Of a stretch of DNA of 64,000 bases, positions 10,772 through 22,500 are shown piece by piece. A model generated the notes under the pieces. That model worked only from the letters and a program-made list of their open reading frames with translations. It was not told the DNA's origin and ran no database searches. The stretch lies in the IMG/VR virus record IMGVR_UViG_3300035698_016797, positions 96,001 to 160,000 of that record; one strand, given 5' to 3'. The number at the start of each line of letters is the position of its first letter. The stretch's first letter is position 1. The position numbers were made by a program, and so were the translations under genes. The stretch comes from a virus.

Positions 10772-11878
10772 TTATGCGCTCAATTTTACAGATAGCGCAT
10801 CATATGGTGTGATTGTTACAATTTGAGGCTTGAGTACTCCGTCAACGTAGAAATTGCGAGGAGTGTAGGAGTCGTCACGATTTATCCATTTTGAGTACAA
10901 TGAACCTGGAAAAACCTTGTCTCCAATTGCCTGATAAACATATCCTCCACTAGCTGCGCTAACTTGTGTTAAGGTTTGACCTGTAACGTTGCGAACATTA
11001 ACCAGCGGAGAGTACGCTGCATAAACAGGATATGTGGTACTGTTAAATTCTGAAGGAAAAGTTATCAAACCTCTTCTAAAATCTATTTGATACTCTGAAT
11101 CTTCTACAAATTGAGGAACAGCCCCCTGAATAATTGGGTTTCCACTAAGATCTTCAGAGTCATCTCCTGGGTAATCATAAGTTCCCTTAAAGACATCTGG
11201 ATTTAAGTATAGATGTCCAAAAATCCAGTTTTCTCTCTCTCCAATAAAATACTTAGTTGTTTCTGCCTCATATGTGTAGTCTGCGGAAACTCCCGAAGCC
11301 GGACTGCTTAGAGTGAGCATTCCAGACGCAGGAGTTGTAGTATATGTACTTTGGTCCATCACTTCATCGGAAGAATCATAGATGATTACACTAAACATCA
11401 TATTTCCACCATCGTACCAATCGTCTTGATATCCCGCGTATGTTGTGGTTGATTCCGTTCCCTGTCTCCAGTATCTCATATAGGCACCAGATGGGTATGC
11501 AGAGCTGAAAATTGCACCACTTGGAGTTAGAGAGTATCCCGACGCAGCTATTTGTACGCCACTAGCACTAAAAATTGCAGGTACAAAAGAAGTTCCGCTT
11601 GGACTTGTCAATATATCAGTATGCCCACTTGTAACGGTTTGTTCAGCTGTACTGTTTGGTATGAGAACGCTCTCTTGCACTCCAGAAGCATAGTTGATTG
11701 GAATTAAATCTTCTGAAGCTATCCACTTTACCCCTGTTAGTTGAGGCCAGTCTTCAGGAACCAAAGGTTTGTCTTCAACTCCTATTAATTCGTCATTTGT
11801 TGATTGTTGTATATCATTATCTCCAGCCTCAGAATAGCCAGTAGGCAATTGATATACTTTAATTTTTGGTGTAGCCAT
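10772..11878 (-). CDS. Tail-associated protein built from short beta modules
   Basis: 368 aa with TAAGGAG SD. Modules such as YQIDFRRGLITF and YTTTPASGMLTL; 9 [AP]SG motifs. Confidence 0.6.
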   Translation of the reverse strand: MATPKIKVYQLPTGYSEAGDNDIQQSTNDELIGVEDKPLVPEDWPQLTGVKWIASEDLIPINYASGVQESVLIPNSTAEQTVTSGHTDILTSPSGTSFVPAIFSASGVQIAASGYSLTPSGAIFSSAYPSGAYMRYWRQGTESTTTYAGYQDDWYDGGNMMFSVIIYDSSDEVMDQSTYTTTPASGMLTLSSPASGVSADYTYEAETTKYFIGERENWIFGHLYLNPDVFKGTYDYPGDDSEDLSGNPIIQGAVPQFVEDSEYQIDFRRGLITFPSEFNSTTYPVYAAYSPLVNVRNVTGQTLTQVSAASGGYVYQAIGDKVFPGSLYSKWINRDDSYTPRNFYVDGVLKPQIVTITPYDALSVKLSA

Positions 11879-11889
11879 AACCTTTCTCC

Positions 11890-14800
11890 TTAAACGTTGG
11901 GTTCTATACTACTATCTCTTTCTTTCAAATAAACTACAACAGTAGGAACCCCAAAGCATATTCCTTGTCTGCCTGACGCAATCGCGCCAACCTCAACACC
12001 GACTGAAAATCCTGTATATTTTAGTCCTCCAGTACGGTCCCATTTCACAATATGCTCTCCATCGGCCCAATATTCGTGTTTAGTTTTTGCCGCTGCGTAC
12101 ACAGTAAAGTTCCCAGAAATAATTGATTGAGGCAATCCGTAGAATGTCACCTCTCCACTCACCATTCCTGTTATATATGATCCAGAAGGACTAGTTTGGT
12201 ATGTTCCTCCGAAATATTGATTTGTTATTGCTTCCTCTGTCCATCCCCCAGCAGGAAGTTCATTACCTTTTATATGTGACATTCCAAAATCTCCATACAA
12301 AGGATCATTGTTGGTAACTGTCCAATTCAGGTTGTATTTATTGTTGCTATTTGTAGGAAGCTTTACGGACTGACCCATGGATGGAAGTTGACCGAACGAT
12401 GTCGGGATTCCATCTGGAGTTGAAGTTCCAGCAGGCTCATATCCTGCAATAAAATTGACAGAATCCTTTTCAAGTTGATAAGATGGACCACCTCCAACAG
12501 CGGTAACATCTATATTGATTGGCATTCCTACTCCAGTAAAATATTCGACCTGTACAAAACCAGGAATGGTCATAACTTTAAAATCATTTGGATCAAGGTC
12601 GTTGTTTAAGTCCCATATGTTTCCCCCTGCGGTTCCATCTGGGTTCTTAAAATATCTTGGTAACACTATTTCGTTCTTTGCTGGATCAAAAAAGTAACGA
12701 CCACCAGTAACGGCAAAATATGTCAAGTTTGTATTTGGATCTACTTCGGAGGCTGTGTTCCAATAAAAGTCTGATGATGTTCTTGAAGAAGACTCGGTCA
12801 TCGGAAGGTGTACCGTATCGTAGACTCCAGCATTAACAGATAAAATCCTAGACGGAAAGTCTGGCATGGCAAAGGCGTCCATTCCTATAACATATGGAGT
12901 GGAAAACACAGAGGCAGAATCTGTAACCTTCATATAGCTTGGCTTTGACTCGTATCCATACACTTCAAGTTTTGCACAAGATGAAAGATAAAAGTATTTC
13001 CACACCCTCCACTCTACATAGCCGGAAGTGTCAGTCGGACCACCAGCTAGGTCAAATGTTGTTTCAGTGTTAGCTACAACCGTATCGGTAAACGCCGGAG
13101 ACGTAAAATTGCCAGATGCCGTGGTCATTTCAAACGTTGCACTTGTCCAATCATCATCCTCTACTTCGTACCCAGAAGGCATTTCATATTGTCCACTTGT
13201 AGACACCAAAGAACCTACAGGTAACCCAGAGCTTCCAACCATATACCTCTTAAATCTTCGAGGTTTTGGACGATATCTTACATATCGTGCACGAGGAGAT
13301 ACGAAGTGATATCCGCTAATAGCAGCGCCCGCACTCGTTGAATCTCCACCATTAACCCAATATCCCTTGAAGAATGTTGGCAATTCTGAACCAGTTTCTG
13401 CCACTTTTACTCCAGAAGTATCATACTTTGTCCAGGTCCACTCGTTGCCACTTTCAGACCAGCTTGTACTCACTATGGTTTTCCACCTAGACTCTTCATC
13501 TCCAAGCACATCTATGTCAAAACCATGCTTATAATCATCAAGAATTGAAGGTGTGGGATTTACAGAAATAGCTTTTATAAATACATCATCATCAAATGGC
13601 TCTTCATAGGTAACTGTTTCAATTCCATCACCACCTTCATAGATTGCCCCAGTGGCAGGCAAGGTTGTCAAATCCGACCCACAAACAGAGCATATTGTGG
13701 AAGTTATAGATGGTGCCGTGGCAGACTTTCCAGCTCCCTGTACATATTGTGAAAATTCAGAGACTGTCATGTTGCGATGTCCAACATAACATTCTGAAGC
13801 TCCACACACAGCATTTGCACAGTTCCACTTTCCAGGATGACGACGCCAATCGCGTCTTATATTCTCTATTGGAAGAGGGATTAGATCAATTTGAAAATTT
13901 GGAACTTCAGAAGTTTGTTTTAGTACATACCAATATCCACTCGCAGATGGAGTCCCAGAATTTTCAGCAGTGTCTGTGGCTGTAATAATTTGCTTTGGAT
14001 GATAGGTATAATAGTCTGAATTTTCAGGGTCTCCAGAGGCTGATGGAGGAGTATACCAATCACTTACAGCCGAAATACGACCAGATGCAGCCGTACTGAG
14101 ATTATATTCATCTCCATAAACCAATGTTGGAAGATTGTTGTCAGCAGCAAGTTTTGGGTGATGCCACGGATCGTTTAACCATGCACCATGGGTAGAGTTC
14201 CAATATCTATAGTTGATAGCTCCACTAGGGTCGCTGTCTCCATCAAAAAATGCTGGATTTGTTCTGTCAGAACGATTTTGATTATGTAGTTCATCATAGG
14301 ATATCCCAGCAGAAGTTGTAAATGCTCTAGGTATTCTTTTGTCATACCTTTCTTTTACCACATCTGTGATGTCAAGGACTCTTGTTGCCCATCCTCCATT
14401 GTTGTTACCAGAACCTCCAGAAGAGTAGGAAGAAGGACTAGTGGAAGATGTGCTTGATGTTTTTAGCTTAAACCCATCACCACTCTGAACAATAACCTCT
14501 CCTCCTTCAGCCCAGGATGTGTCCGACACCTTTTCTTCTACCACTGGGCCAGTTCTTTGATACCACATTTTTCCATTCATACCACTCAAGTCTTGAAAGT
14601 TTGTAATTGGTTGTACCCAATTGTTAAGGTATAGAGAAAGTAATCTTTGACTAAACATGGTAAAATCATATCCAACACCATCAACATCAAGATCTCCACA
14701 CTTAAATGTTAGCTTCATCTTGTCTCTGTCAATCTTGTCGCTGAATTCCTGAAATGTAAAATCTTTCCACAGCTGATCTTCAGTATACTTTTGTACCATA

Positions 14801-17800
14801 TCTTGACCTAGACCATCCCATTCAAGGGCAGATGCCCACTCTTGAGTTGGCCCATTAAATCCAAAAGATGAATCGTGGTGATGAGCAATTGTTCCCATGA
14901 TGTCATCAAACATACTGGAACGAGCAGATGTGTATGGGTGATATCCCTCACTTCCTCCTGCTCCATCTGCGTATTCGCTATCATATCCATCAATCCACTT
15001 TGGTTTTGTCTTTGAATCTTTTGTCAAATCAAAAGTTCCATGTAACCATATGTCCTCATGGTCAGTCATGAACGGATGATAATGTCTATTTCTTTTTCCC
15101 CCAGACCAAACTACTCCTATAGGAGGCTTGCTTGGTTCTGTTGCTGGAGATATTATTGCGTAAGCCTTTACAACTTCCTTGTCCAGTGGAAGATATCCAT
15201 GTAAAAAGAAAAATGCGTTAGATTCTATTTTGTCTCCAGTGTATCCCCAAGCTCCACCGTGGTCTTCTTGAAAAGAATCATCAAAGTGGGCATCTGAAGC
15301 ACCTCCTCCACGAGAAATTCCTCCAATATACTGATTAATACGCCACCAACATGTTCCAGTAGGAACGTACTCTCTAATCATGATAGGAGGAAAGCCACCG
15401 TCCCAATATTGTTGATATTGATCACACCCAAGACTGTTTGCCGCAATAATCTGAACCGGTAAAGATCCAGGCTTCATATGATAGTCACGATCAACAGATG
15501 GATTATATCTATTTTTGTGTCCTTGTTGTTTTGAAGGAAAGTAATCTCCATGTGCATGTTTTCCAACGTAATAACCATACATGGGTTCAACTTTATTGCG
15601 CAAATTTTTCAACTGATCAATTGTAACCATGTCGAGACCAGGGATACTAGTCCCATATGGGGCTATAACATCGTCTGAATATGTACCACCATCCAGCCTC
15701 TCATTAGAGTATCCTGTCATTCCACTTGAGTTTTCGTCAGGCCCACGATCCAACATATCAGAAGATTGAACACCCTCGTCGCGAGAGTAAATTTGTGTAG
15801 TGTCTGCAATGGTTTCATTTTTGTCCGCAATATCCTCGTCTGTTGGAATAAACCCAGGAAATGAATATCCCTCAAACCTTCCGCTTGGTTCCGGCAAACC
15901 TTCCTTCAGTAAATTTCCACTTGGATCTGCATATTTGAACACGGAATATTCTGACTCAGAGTTTGCAGAGTTTGTAGGACCGAGAGAATACCCTCCACCA
16001 CCACTGTTTAATGCCCCAAGCTTCCCAACCACCTGTCTTACGGTAGAACTGTTTACTATGGTTGGATTTTTCCAATACATACCATCCTTGTTAATAGTCT
16101 GTCCTGGCAATCCCCAAATTGTGACATTTCCTCTAGCTTTGACGTTTGGAAAGTGAGACCAATTCCCACCAGAACCAAGCTCTTCTCCGCACGATTTACA
16201 TGTTGGAAAATTTTCAGACTCCCAATCTGTAACTATTTGTGTTATATTTACATACCCAGATGCATCCATAAGTCCAGATGGATTTGGATTCCCACCCATA
16301 TCATATCCTACATCATCCCAGGAGCAGCTTCCACATCTTAAAAAACTTCTTTCTGTTGGAAGCTGTCCGGTAGGAGGATTTCTTGGGGCGATACTTCTTC
16401 CGGTATCTCCGTCTTCAAGGTTTGAGAAGAGTGCCAAATCTGCACGACTATCACTAGAGTAGATATATGCACTACGTATTGTTGCACCTTTAGAATGAGT
16501 TGGAGAAATAATGCTATTCCCAACTATACCATAAATTGGAGTGGCATCATTGTATTCGTCAGGTTTGTTTGACATTCTTGGACCTTCCGGTACTGTTGGG
16601 AACACTCCAGAAGCAAATTGTTCCAAGTTTCCCAAAGCCCTTCCGTCGTCAATAAATTCTCCAGACTTATCAATCCAATATCCCATGTAAAAGCCTTTGT
16701 CTGATTTGGAGTGCTTTTCCTCTCCCCCTTTGTTGCCTCTGGTAAAGTCTTCAATACCACCACCTTCTGCCTTTACGGCCAAAACCTCTTCTCCCATCTT
16801 TGAGCGATCTTTATATTCTGGATGTCTTCCTCCAAAGAATTCACGATCATTTGTAACCTGACATATAAATTCTGAGGGAGATTTGTAGTCATCATAAAGT
16901 TTGACCAACCAAGGAACTCCACTTGGATAACATGATGGAGAATTCACGGTTCCGTCATTGGCCATGTATATAGCACCACTTCCGCTGTCATATTGTTCAA
17001 TGTGGGCAAAGAGGTTTGCATCATAATGTCCACTTGCAGACCATTTTGACCTGTCATAGTAAAAATAGACGTGTAAATTGCTAGATGGTACATCTGGAAT
17101 AGTTTTTACATAGCAGTTAAGGGCACCGCTTGGCGCTACAGCCGCAAAGATACCGCTAGGACTTGTCCCGGACACCGTTGCGGTCATAGTGTCACCTACT
17201 ATCCTATACTCCTCTAAGGCACTGCTACAGGCTTCTAGTCCACCTTGTCTGAATGGGGTAAGAACATTATCATAAAGAAGCTTGTAGTTGAAGTCATATT
17301 CTTTTGCTCTGCGAGGAATTTCTGAATATGGACAGTTGTGTGTATAGTACCTACAATACTCTTCTCCTCCAACTCCTGAGAAGGTTCCTTCTTTTAACCC
17401 TCCTATCATACGAATTCCATATGCTGGGTTACATTTTTCTGGCTTGTAACATGGCATCACATTTCTATTGAAGCGTGCAGAACTCATCAAGTTTCTGTCT
17501 CCAAAGAATTGACTATCAACTCCACCAAAATTTTCAGTATCCTTGGTATCAAATGAAAATCTTCCAGTGCCTCTTTTGATTTGCTTGTAGTCGTCGTACA
17601 GAAGATTTCTTCCTTCATCGTTATATATCTCTCTGCCCATTGCTGGAATTTTTCTATAGGTATATTCGACTCTCCAGCGCATGTCTGTATCTCCCATCTG
17701 TCTTGGGAGTGTTGTTGGATTGTTTAAGGCATAAAGAGATCCGAGTCCCATTCCACCCCACATTAAACTTCCACCACCTAGAGGAGTCATTGATCCAGAA

Positions 17801-19110
17801 AATATAGCCTTAGAGTTTGTTAAATTACGACCACCTCCTGCTGCATCATAGTTGTCAATAGTTGTCCACATTGACGCGAACTCATCTGGAGTCTGTGCCT
17901 CTGCCTCATACAGTGCTATTTCTTGTGCTCCTGCGGCATGATAGTGAGGACATGTTCCACTATACCCAGAGTCCTGCATACAGTATGTTGGGTTTACGAC
18001 ATTTTCAGGTTCATTAGATCCAAGTTCAGAAGCCAACGTGCACCCTATGGTTCCGGCAGCACTCCCTCTAAAAAACGAACATCCTTTATGAACAATTTCG
18101 GAGTCTGAGAAGTTTGTTCCTATTATTTTTAGTCTTAACTTTCCAGGAGACCCCTTGTATGTAGGGGTTGGTTGTCTTATTGCTGTTCCAACAGTTGATG
18201 CTGAATACTGTTCAAAACGCGTTCCAGAAGCAGATGCCATTGTGAGTGCACTAATTCTACTGATTAAGATATAGTTCAAACCTTTTGACCAAGCTGCCCC
18301 ATGGGTATAGTCAATGATTCCATCAATGGTGGCATAGATCGGAGACCCAACTGTGGCTATGTATGTGGGAATAACTTGTGTGCTGTAAATGTTGGCTGGT
18401 TCGAAATATTCTTTTGGAGCCATCATATTTACAGTGTCGGTTGGAATGTTAGCGTGCTCCCCACCCTTGGTAGACTCAGCCTCTACGCGATTTCTATAGA
18501 GTCTTACTCCTTTATTGCGTCCTGGATATTTAAACTGAAAACGCTTTTTATAGGCGCTTGTGCGAGTGAACGTACTGAATCCACTGGCTGATGCCCTGTT
18601 GTCTTTCCAGTCATTAGCTTCTAAAAACTCTTGTGTAAAAATGTCACCAGTTTCTATGTTCTGATAATTCCACAGAGTTTCGTTCCAAGAGTGCGTTGTT
18701 CCACCAATTTTTTTCAGATCGAACTTTCCAGATGGTTGGATTACAGTTAGGCTTGATGGATGAAATAATTCTGGCTCTACCGTTTGATCATCACTTTCTC
18801 TGGTTCCCTTATAGGTGTATGTTGTAAACAGCCATGGAGAATCAACCTCTGGAAACGCATACAGGTGTGCATTTTTATCAGAGACTGCTGCAAAGCGAAC
18901 GTCTGGTTGAAACTTGTCCATCCAGTTTGTCCACTTTTGATATCCAGAGGGGCTTGCGCCGTCTCTAGTCATGTTGATGTACTTTCCACCATAAAAGTTT
19001 TCTCTGGCCTGACCATATTGACCACGAACCATATAAGACCTATCCGCAGGCGGAAGATCAAATTGAAAACCCGTACGATCTGGGTAATTGCTAAAAAAAT
19101 CGTTTGGCAT
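11890..19110 (-). CDS. Very large Cys-rich tail-tip or central-fibre-like protein
   Basis: About 2406 aa. Start placed at the ATG at 19110, just after the upstream stop (track start 19134). Several CxxC pairs; F5/8-type-C-like segment (ARYVRYR...KLEVYG) near the C-terminus. Confidence 0.6.
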   Translation of the reverse strand: MPNDFFSNYPDRTGFQFDLPPADRSYMVRGQYGQARENFYGGKYINMTRDGASPSGYQKWTNWMDKFQPDVRFAAVSDKNAHLYAFPEVDSPWLFTTYTYKGTRESDDQTVEPELFHPSSLTVIQPSGKFDLKKIGGTTHSWNETLWNYQNIETGDIFTQEFLEANDWKDNRASASGFSTFTRTSAYKKRFQFKYPGRNKGVRLYRNRVEAESTKGGEHANIPTDTVNMMAPKEYFEPANIYSTQVIPTYIATVGSPIYATIDGIIDYTHGAAWSKGLNYILISRISALTMASASGTRFEQYSASTVGTAIRQPTPTYKGSPGKLRLKIIGTNFSDSEIVHKGCSFFRGSAAGTIGCTLASELGSNEPENVVNPTYCMQDSGYSGTCPHYHAAGAQEIALYEAEAQTPDEFASMWTTIDNYDAAGGGRNLTNSKAIFSGSMTPLGGGSLMWGGMGLGSLYALNNPTTLPRQMGDTDMRWRVEYTYRKIPAMGREIYNDEGRNLLYDDYKQIKRGTGRFSFDTKDTENFGGVDSQFFGDRNLMSSARFNRNVMPCYKPEKCNPAYGIRMIGGLKEGTFSGVGGEEYCRYYTHNCPYSEIPRRAKEYDFNYKLLYDNVLTPFRQGGLEACSSALEEYRIVGDTMTATVSGTSPSGIFAAVAPSGALNCYVKTIPDVPSSNLHVYFYYDRSKWSASGHYDANLFAHIEQYDSGSGAIYMANDGTVNSPSCYPSGVPWLVKLYDDYKSPSEFICQVTNDREFFGGRHPEYKDRSKMGEEVLAVKAEGGGIEDFTRGNKGGEEKHSKSDKGFYMGYWIDKSGEFIDDGRALGNLEQFASGVFPTVPEGPRMSNKPDEYNDATPIYGIVGNSIISPTHSKGATIRSAYIYSSDSRADLALFSNLEDGDTGRSIAPRNPPTGQLPTERSFLRCGSCSWDDVGYDMGGNPNPSGLMDASGYVNITQIVTDWESENFPTCKSCGEELGSGGNWSHFPNVKARGNVTIWGLPGQTINKDGMYWKNPTIVNSSTVRQVVGKLGALNSGGGGYSLGPTNSANSESEYSVFKYADPSGNLLKEGLPEPSGRFEGYSFPGFIPTDEDIADKNETIADTTQIYSRDEGVQSSDMLDRGPDENSSGMTGYSNERLDGGTYSDDVIAPYGTSIPGLDMVTIDQLKNLRNKVEPMYGYYVGKHAHGDYFPSKQQGHKNRYNPSVDRDYHMKPGSLPVQIIAANSLGCDQYQQYWDGGFPPIMIREYVPTGTCWWRINQYIGGISRGGGASDAHFDDSFQEDHGGAWGYTGDKIESNAFFFLHGYLPLDKEVVKAYAIISPATEPSKPPIGVVWSGGKRNRHYHPFMTDHEDIWLHGTFDLTKDSKTKPKWIDGYDSEYADGAGGSEGYHPYTSARSSMFDDIMGTIAHHHDSSFGFNGPTQEWASALEWDGLGQDMVQKYTEDQLWKDFTFQEFSDKIDRDKMKLTFKCGDLDVDGVGYDFTMFSQRLLSLYLNNWVQPITNFQDLSGMNGKMWYQRTGPVVEEKVSDTSWAEGGEVIVQSGDGFKLKTSSTSSTSPSSYSSGGSGNNNGGWATRVLDITDVVKERYDKRIPRAFTTSAGISYDELHNQNRSDRTNPAFFDGDSDPSGAINYRYWNSTHGAWLNDPWHHPKLAADNNLPTLVYGDEYNLSTAASGRISAVSDWYTPPSASGDPENSDYYTYHPKQIITATDTAENSGTPSASGYWYVLKQTSEVPNFQIDLIPLPIENIRRDWRRHPGKWNCANAVCGASECYVGHRNMTVSEFSQYVQGAGKSATAPSITSTICSVCGSDLTTLPATGAIYEGGDGIETVTYEEPFDDDVFIKAISVNPTPSILDDYKHGFDIDVLGDEESRWKTIVSTSWSESGNEWTWTKYDTSGVKVAETGSELPTFFKGYWVNGGDSTSAGAAISGYHFVSPRARYVRYRPKPRRFKRYMVGSSGLPVGSLVSTSGQYEMPSGYEVEDDDWTSATFEMTTASGNFTSPAFTDTVVANTETTFDLAGGPTDTSGYVEWRVWKYFYLSSCAKLEVYGYESKPSYMKVTDSASVFSTPYVIGMDAFAMPDFPSRILSVNAGVYDTVHLPMTESSSRTSSDFYWNTASEVDPNTNLTYFAVTGGRYFFDPAKNEIVLPRYFKNPDGTAGGNIWDLNNDLDPNDFKVMTIPGFVQVEYFTGVGMPINIDVTAVGGGPSYQLEKDSVNFIAGYEPAGTSTPDGIPTSFGQLPSMGQSVKLPTNSNNKYNLNWTVTNNDPLYGDFGMSHIKGNELPAGGWTEEAITNQYFGGTYQTSPSGSYITGMVSGEVTFYGLPQSIISGNFTVYAAAKTKHEYWADGEHIVKWDRTGGLKYTGFSVGVEVGAIASGRQGICFGVPTVVVYLKERDSSIEPNV

Positions 19111-19121
19111 TGCCTTTATTC

Positions 19122-19532
19122 CTATGCTTCCCAAGGTTGCTGTGGTACTGCTGTACCAGGATGATATACTGCAAATGCAAACCCTCCGTGTGCATTATCT
19201 CTGTGATCGTGCAATCCCATTGCACCAGGAATAACTCCTCCATCATAATCACTTGTATGTCTATGTATATTGTATCCTTCCGTAGCAACCTCTGGTGCCT
19301 TAATCCTTAACCCTGCTTCGTGAACTCTCGCCTGATACTGATTATAATACAAAACTGCCTGCACATCGTTCCATGCAATTGGAGTTTGAGACCCATCATG
19401 AAAGTGAATTGCGGCAGAATCCCACCAAAAACGATCTTCAGCTTCTTGATCTGTCATCATATTCATAATCTGCCTCATCTTTGTGAGTTTAGCAGCAAGC
19501 TGAGATGGTGTATATTTTACGCTTCTAGCCAT
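19122..19532 (-). CDS. Small tail-tip protein with two HxH motifs (spike-tip-like)
   Basis: 136 aa with AGGAG SD; IHRHTS and LHDHRDN motifs; directly downstream of the hub-like gene. Confidence 0.5.
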   Translation of the reverse strand: MARSVKYTPSQLAAKLTKMRQIMNMMTDQEAEDRFWWDSAAIHFHDGSQTPIAWNDVQAVLYYNQYQARVHEAGLRIKAPEVATEGYNIHRHTSDYDGGVIPGAMGLHDHRDNAHGGFAFAVYHPGTAVPQQPWEA

Positions 19533-19543
19533 GGGTATTCTCC

Positions 19544-22500
19544 TTATCCAATGATGGATGCTCCGTCGCCTCGCTTATTCATGTCTGGATCGTTATAGAT
19601 ATTACCCTGCAAACTTGTAGAATATGCAGTTTTATGAGTTCCAAATACCCATTGGTTCAACAATGTGTGAATATAGCGTTCGCTATCCTTGTCACTTTCC
19701 TTCTTTTGTCCAAGACGAAATTCTTCTGTACTCAACTCAAGAGTTGTAGTAAATGGTCCAGAAAAATTGTGAACCATCCTAACAATTGAAGAGTATACTC
19801 CACTTGCCAATGCGATATACCCAAGCCCATTACCAAGGTCATAGTTTGATCCTCTAACGGTAATGTTTCCAGTAACCTGAATGTCGTTCCTTTTTTCCAG
19901 TTCACGAACGGCATGTTTGATTAGGCGATATCTGTCGTCTCGCTGAACCCATTGAATCTTCTTTGGAAATGCATCTGCCTTACCAATATCAGTAGTGTCT
20001 AGTCCTGACCCCTCCTGCTCTCTATATTTTAGCTGTTCAATTGTTTGTATTGCCCCAAGAGAATAATAGTATCCATTTGCCTGATATTCTGCCAATAATC
20101 CAGATGGATCTGCCCATTTATAAGTATCACGCTCTGGTATGGGTAAATTTCTACTGTCCCAAGGGTGTATTTGCCACTTATATTCATTCATTATGCCACT
20201 TTTTATTACAGGTCTAGTCGAAACATTAAATTCGGTTCCGGTTGCATACTTCTTATATACCTCAAAAACTGGTCTTCCGTCCCAAATACTTGATTGTGCC
20301 TTGTATGTGATTCCTTCAACTACAATTTCTTTTGGATTGGTTCCTAGCCTTTGGCCAGAATCATATCCAGAAAGGTTAACTGGAAATCTGTCGTAGTATT
20401 TTTTTCTGTGGAAATAGCATGTTATCCAAGCTCTTGGAGGTCTCCAGTACGACAGGGTTCCACTGTCAGAAGATGTATCATAAACAGTTGAGAATCCCCT
20501 GTCATTATGTTTACATATGTGACTAATTTTTTCATTACTAATTTTGAGATCCTGAGTTTTTATAACCTTCATAGCCTTGCTACATACAATCGCCTGACGA
20601 TGGCTAAATACAACATCTCCTTTGACGTGGTCAATAGAAGCCTGTACCCCTGGCTGTACAGAAGAGCTGGTTAAATATCTAATCTTTAAGTTGTCTGGGA
20701 AAATTCTCTTTTGGTCATCCGTTCCTCCACCGGTACTGCTCAATTCTCCAGCTAATGGATGCGGAATTACTCCAACAGCCTTCCATGTACTGCCGGAATC
20801 CGATTCGCTTGCAGCTTGGCTAACTTCTATCTGGACTTGTGCAGGATATGAATATGTTAACTCTCTAACCATTTCTTCCCACGTTCTATTTCCTATGCTC
20901 TTTGCTGACGCTCCTTCTATCTTTACTTTAGACGGAGGTAAGTCAATCAGATTAGAAAGAATATTTCGAATCTTAAAACGTGGCTCTTGTCCAACTCCTC
21001 TACATGCAGGGCACATATTTATCCAAGGAACTGGATGTGTTGATGGTTCATATTCTTTGGCCGTAGTGTTCCATTCAAAGACATAATCAAATGGTGAAAG
21101 TTGTGAAACGCCGGAAGCTGCCGTTCCATCACTATCACGAGATTGTCCGAACCATTCGTCTTCTTTTCCTGCCCATCCAGAAGCAGATGCTACAGCACCA
21201 GTTCCTCCACAATGAGAACATGCTCCAGGCCATGGCATCCAAGCCTCATATCTCAATCCTAAAATACTAGCATATTTTTTTTCTCTGGAATTCGCAAGAA
21301 ACGGATCATATGGAAAGATGTCGTCCAGCTTTGTGTATCCCTGTTTTTCAGATTCTCCTTTGTATGAATCTGTTGCTGTTGCTATCAGCTCTGCCATCCC
21401 TCCCCACTCTGTAGTGCTTGGATATGTCATTGTGTGTTTAATATTGACGGTTGCAGCATCGTAACCACTCGTAACGTCCCATCCTGGATACAGAGGGCAA
21501 CCAACAATACAATATCTTCCACTAGCATTCGCCAATGCATATGTAGGCATGGAGTATCTGTACCCATCCCAATTGTAGTTGTTTAAATAGTAAACACTAC
21601 TGGCTGTTGGAGTCATTGTCATATCTTTATGGTCTGGATGTATGTATGAGTGTCCACTATACCATTCAATCGGAGATCCAAACAGGCGGAATACGGTTGC
21701 AAGCTCGCTTGTTTTTTTGACAGAGTTGTCCTTAATTACATTGACTGACCCTGAATGTTCACCAGTAGTATCTAAGACCAAATCGTAAATGTAATCTTTG
21801 TTAGGATTGGCAGAGTCCGCCGTGGCATAGTGTAAAGGTCTCAAATCTCCTTGATTAGAATTTGATAGTGAAACTTTTGTGATTACCAAACCGTCCATTC
21901 CTGGATCATACACAATTTTGTATGTTCCGGCAGAAGATATTGTCTGATAAATAGCTTCGGCTACAGAGGTGTTTTCAAACCTTAGCATTTTTGGAACAAA
22001 GCTTGCCAAATCTGAGGTGTTAGAAAAGTCAATAGAGGAATATGTAAACCAAGTAAGAGGAGTATATTCGGCATCAAATTCGAAGATTTGCTTTGCTGCA
22101 CTGGCAAAAATATCCTCAATAATTTCTGCAACTGTCATGTTTTCCTCTTTTACGACCAAGTTCTTTTCGTCCCAGTTCATTTCTCTTGGATCATCATAAG
22201 ATTCGTTATAAATTTTAGTTACAGTTTCATCGTTAAGTCTTGATTTCATGCATTTACATGTAACTGTGTACTGAGAACCCTTCCCACCTTTTTGATGTGC
22301 AACATTAGATACAATCCCCTGAAAGATTATGCTCATGTCAACATCTCCCCATGAGCTTGCGACGCCTCCGGCACTTGTGGCTTTTGCAACAACTTCTTGC
22401 CCAATACTTGGAACAGTAAGACTTCCTTTGGCTTCATACGTAGTAGTATTACTGTCTGTAATGGTAAATGTCATAGTTCCTGGGACTGCATCTGATGTGA

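Noticed and set aside
7970-19110. Ala-Ser-Gly as an autocatalytic MIO cofactor, as in His/Phe ammonia-lyases
   Set aside because: MIO formation needs the lyase fold. The motif here occurs equally as Pro-Ser-Gly and in dozens of unrelated contexts.
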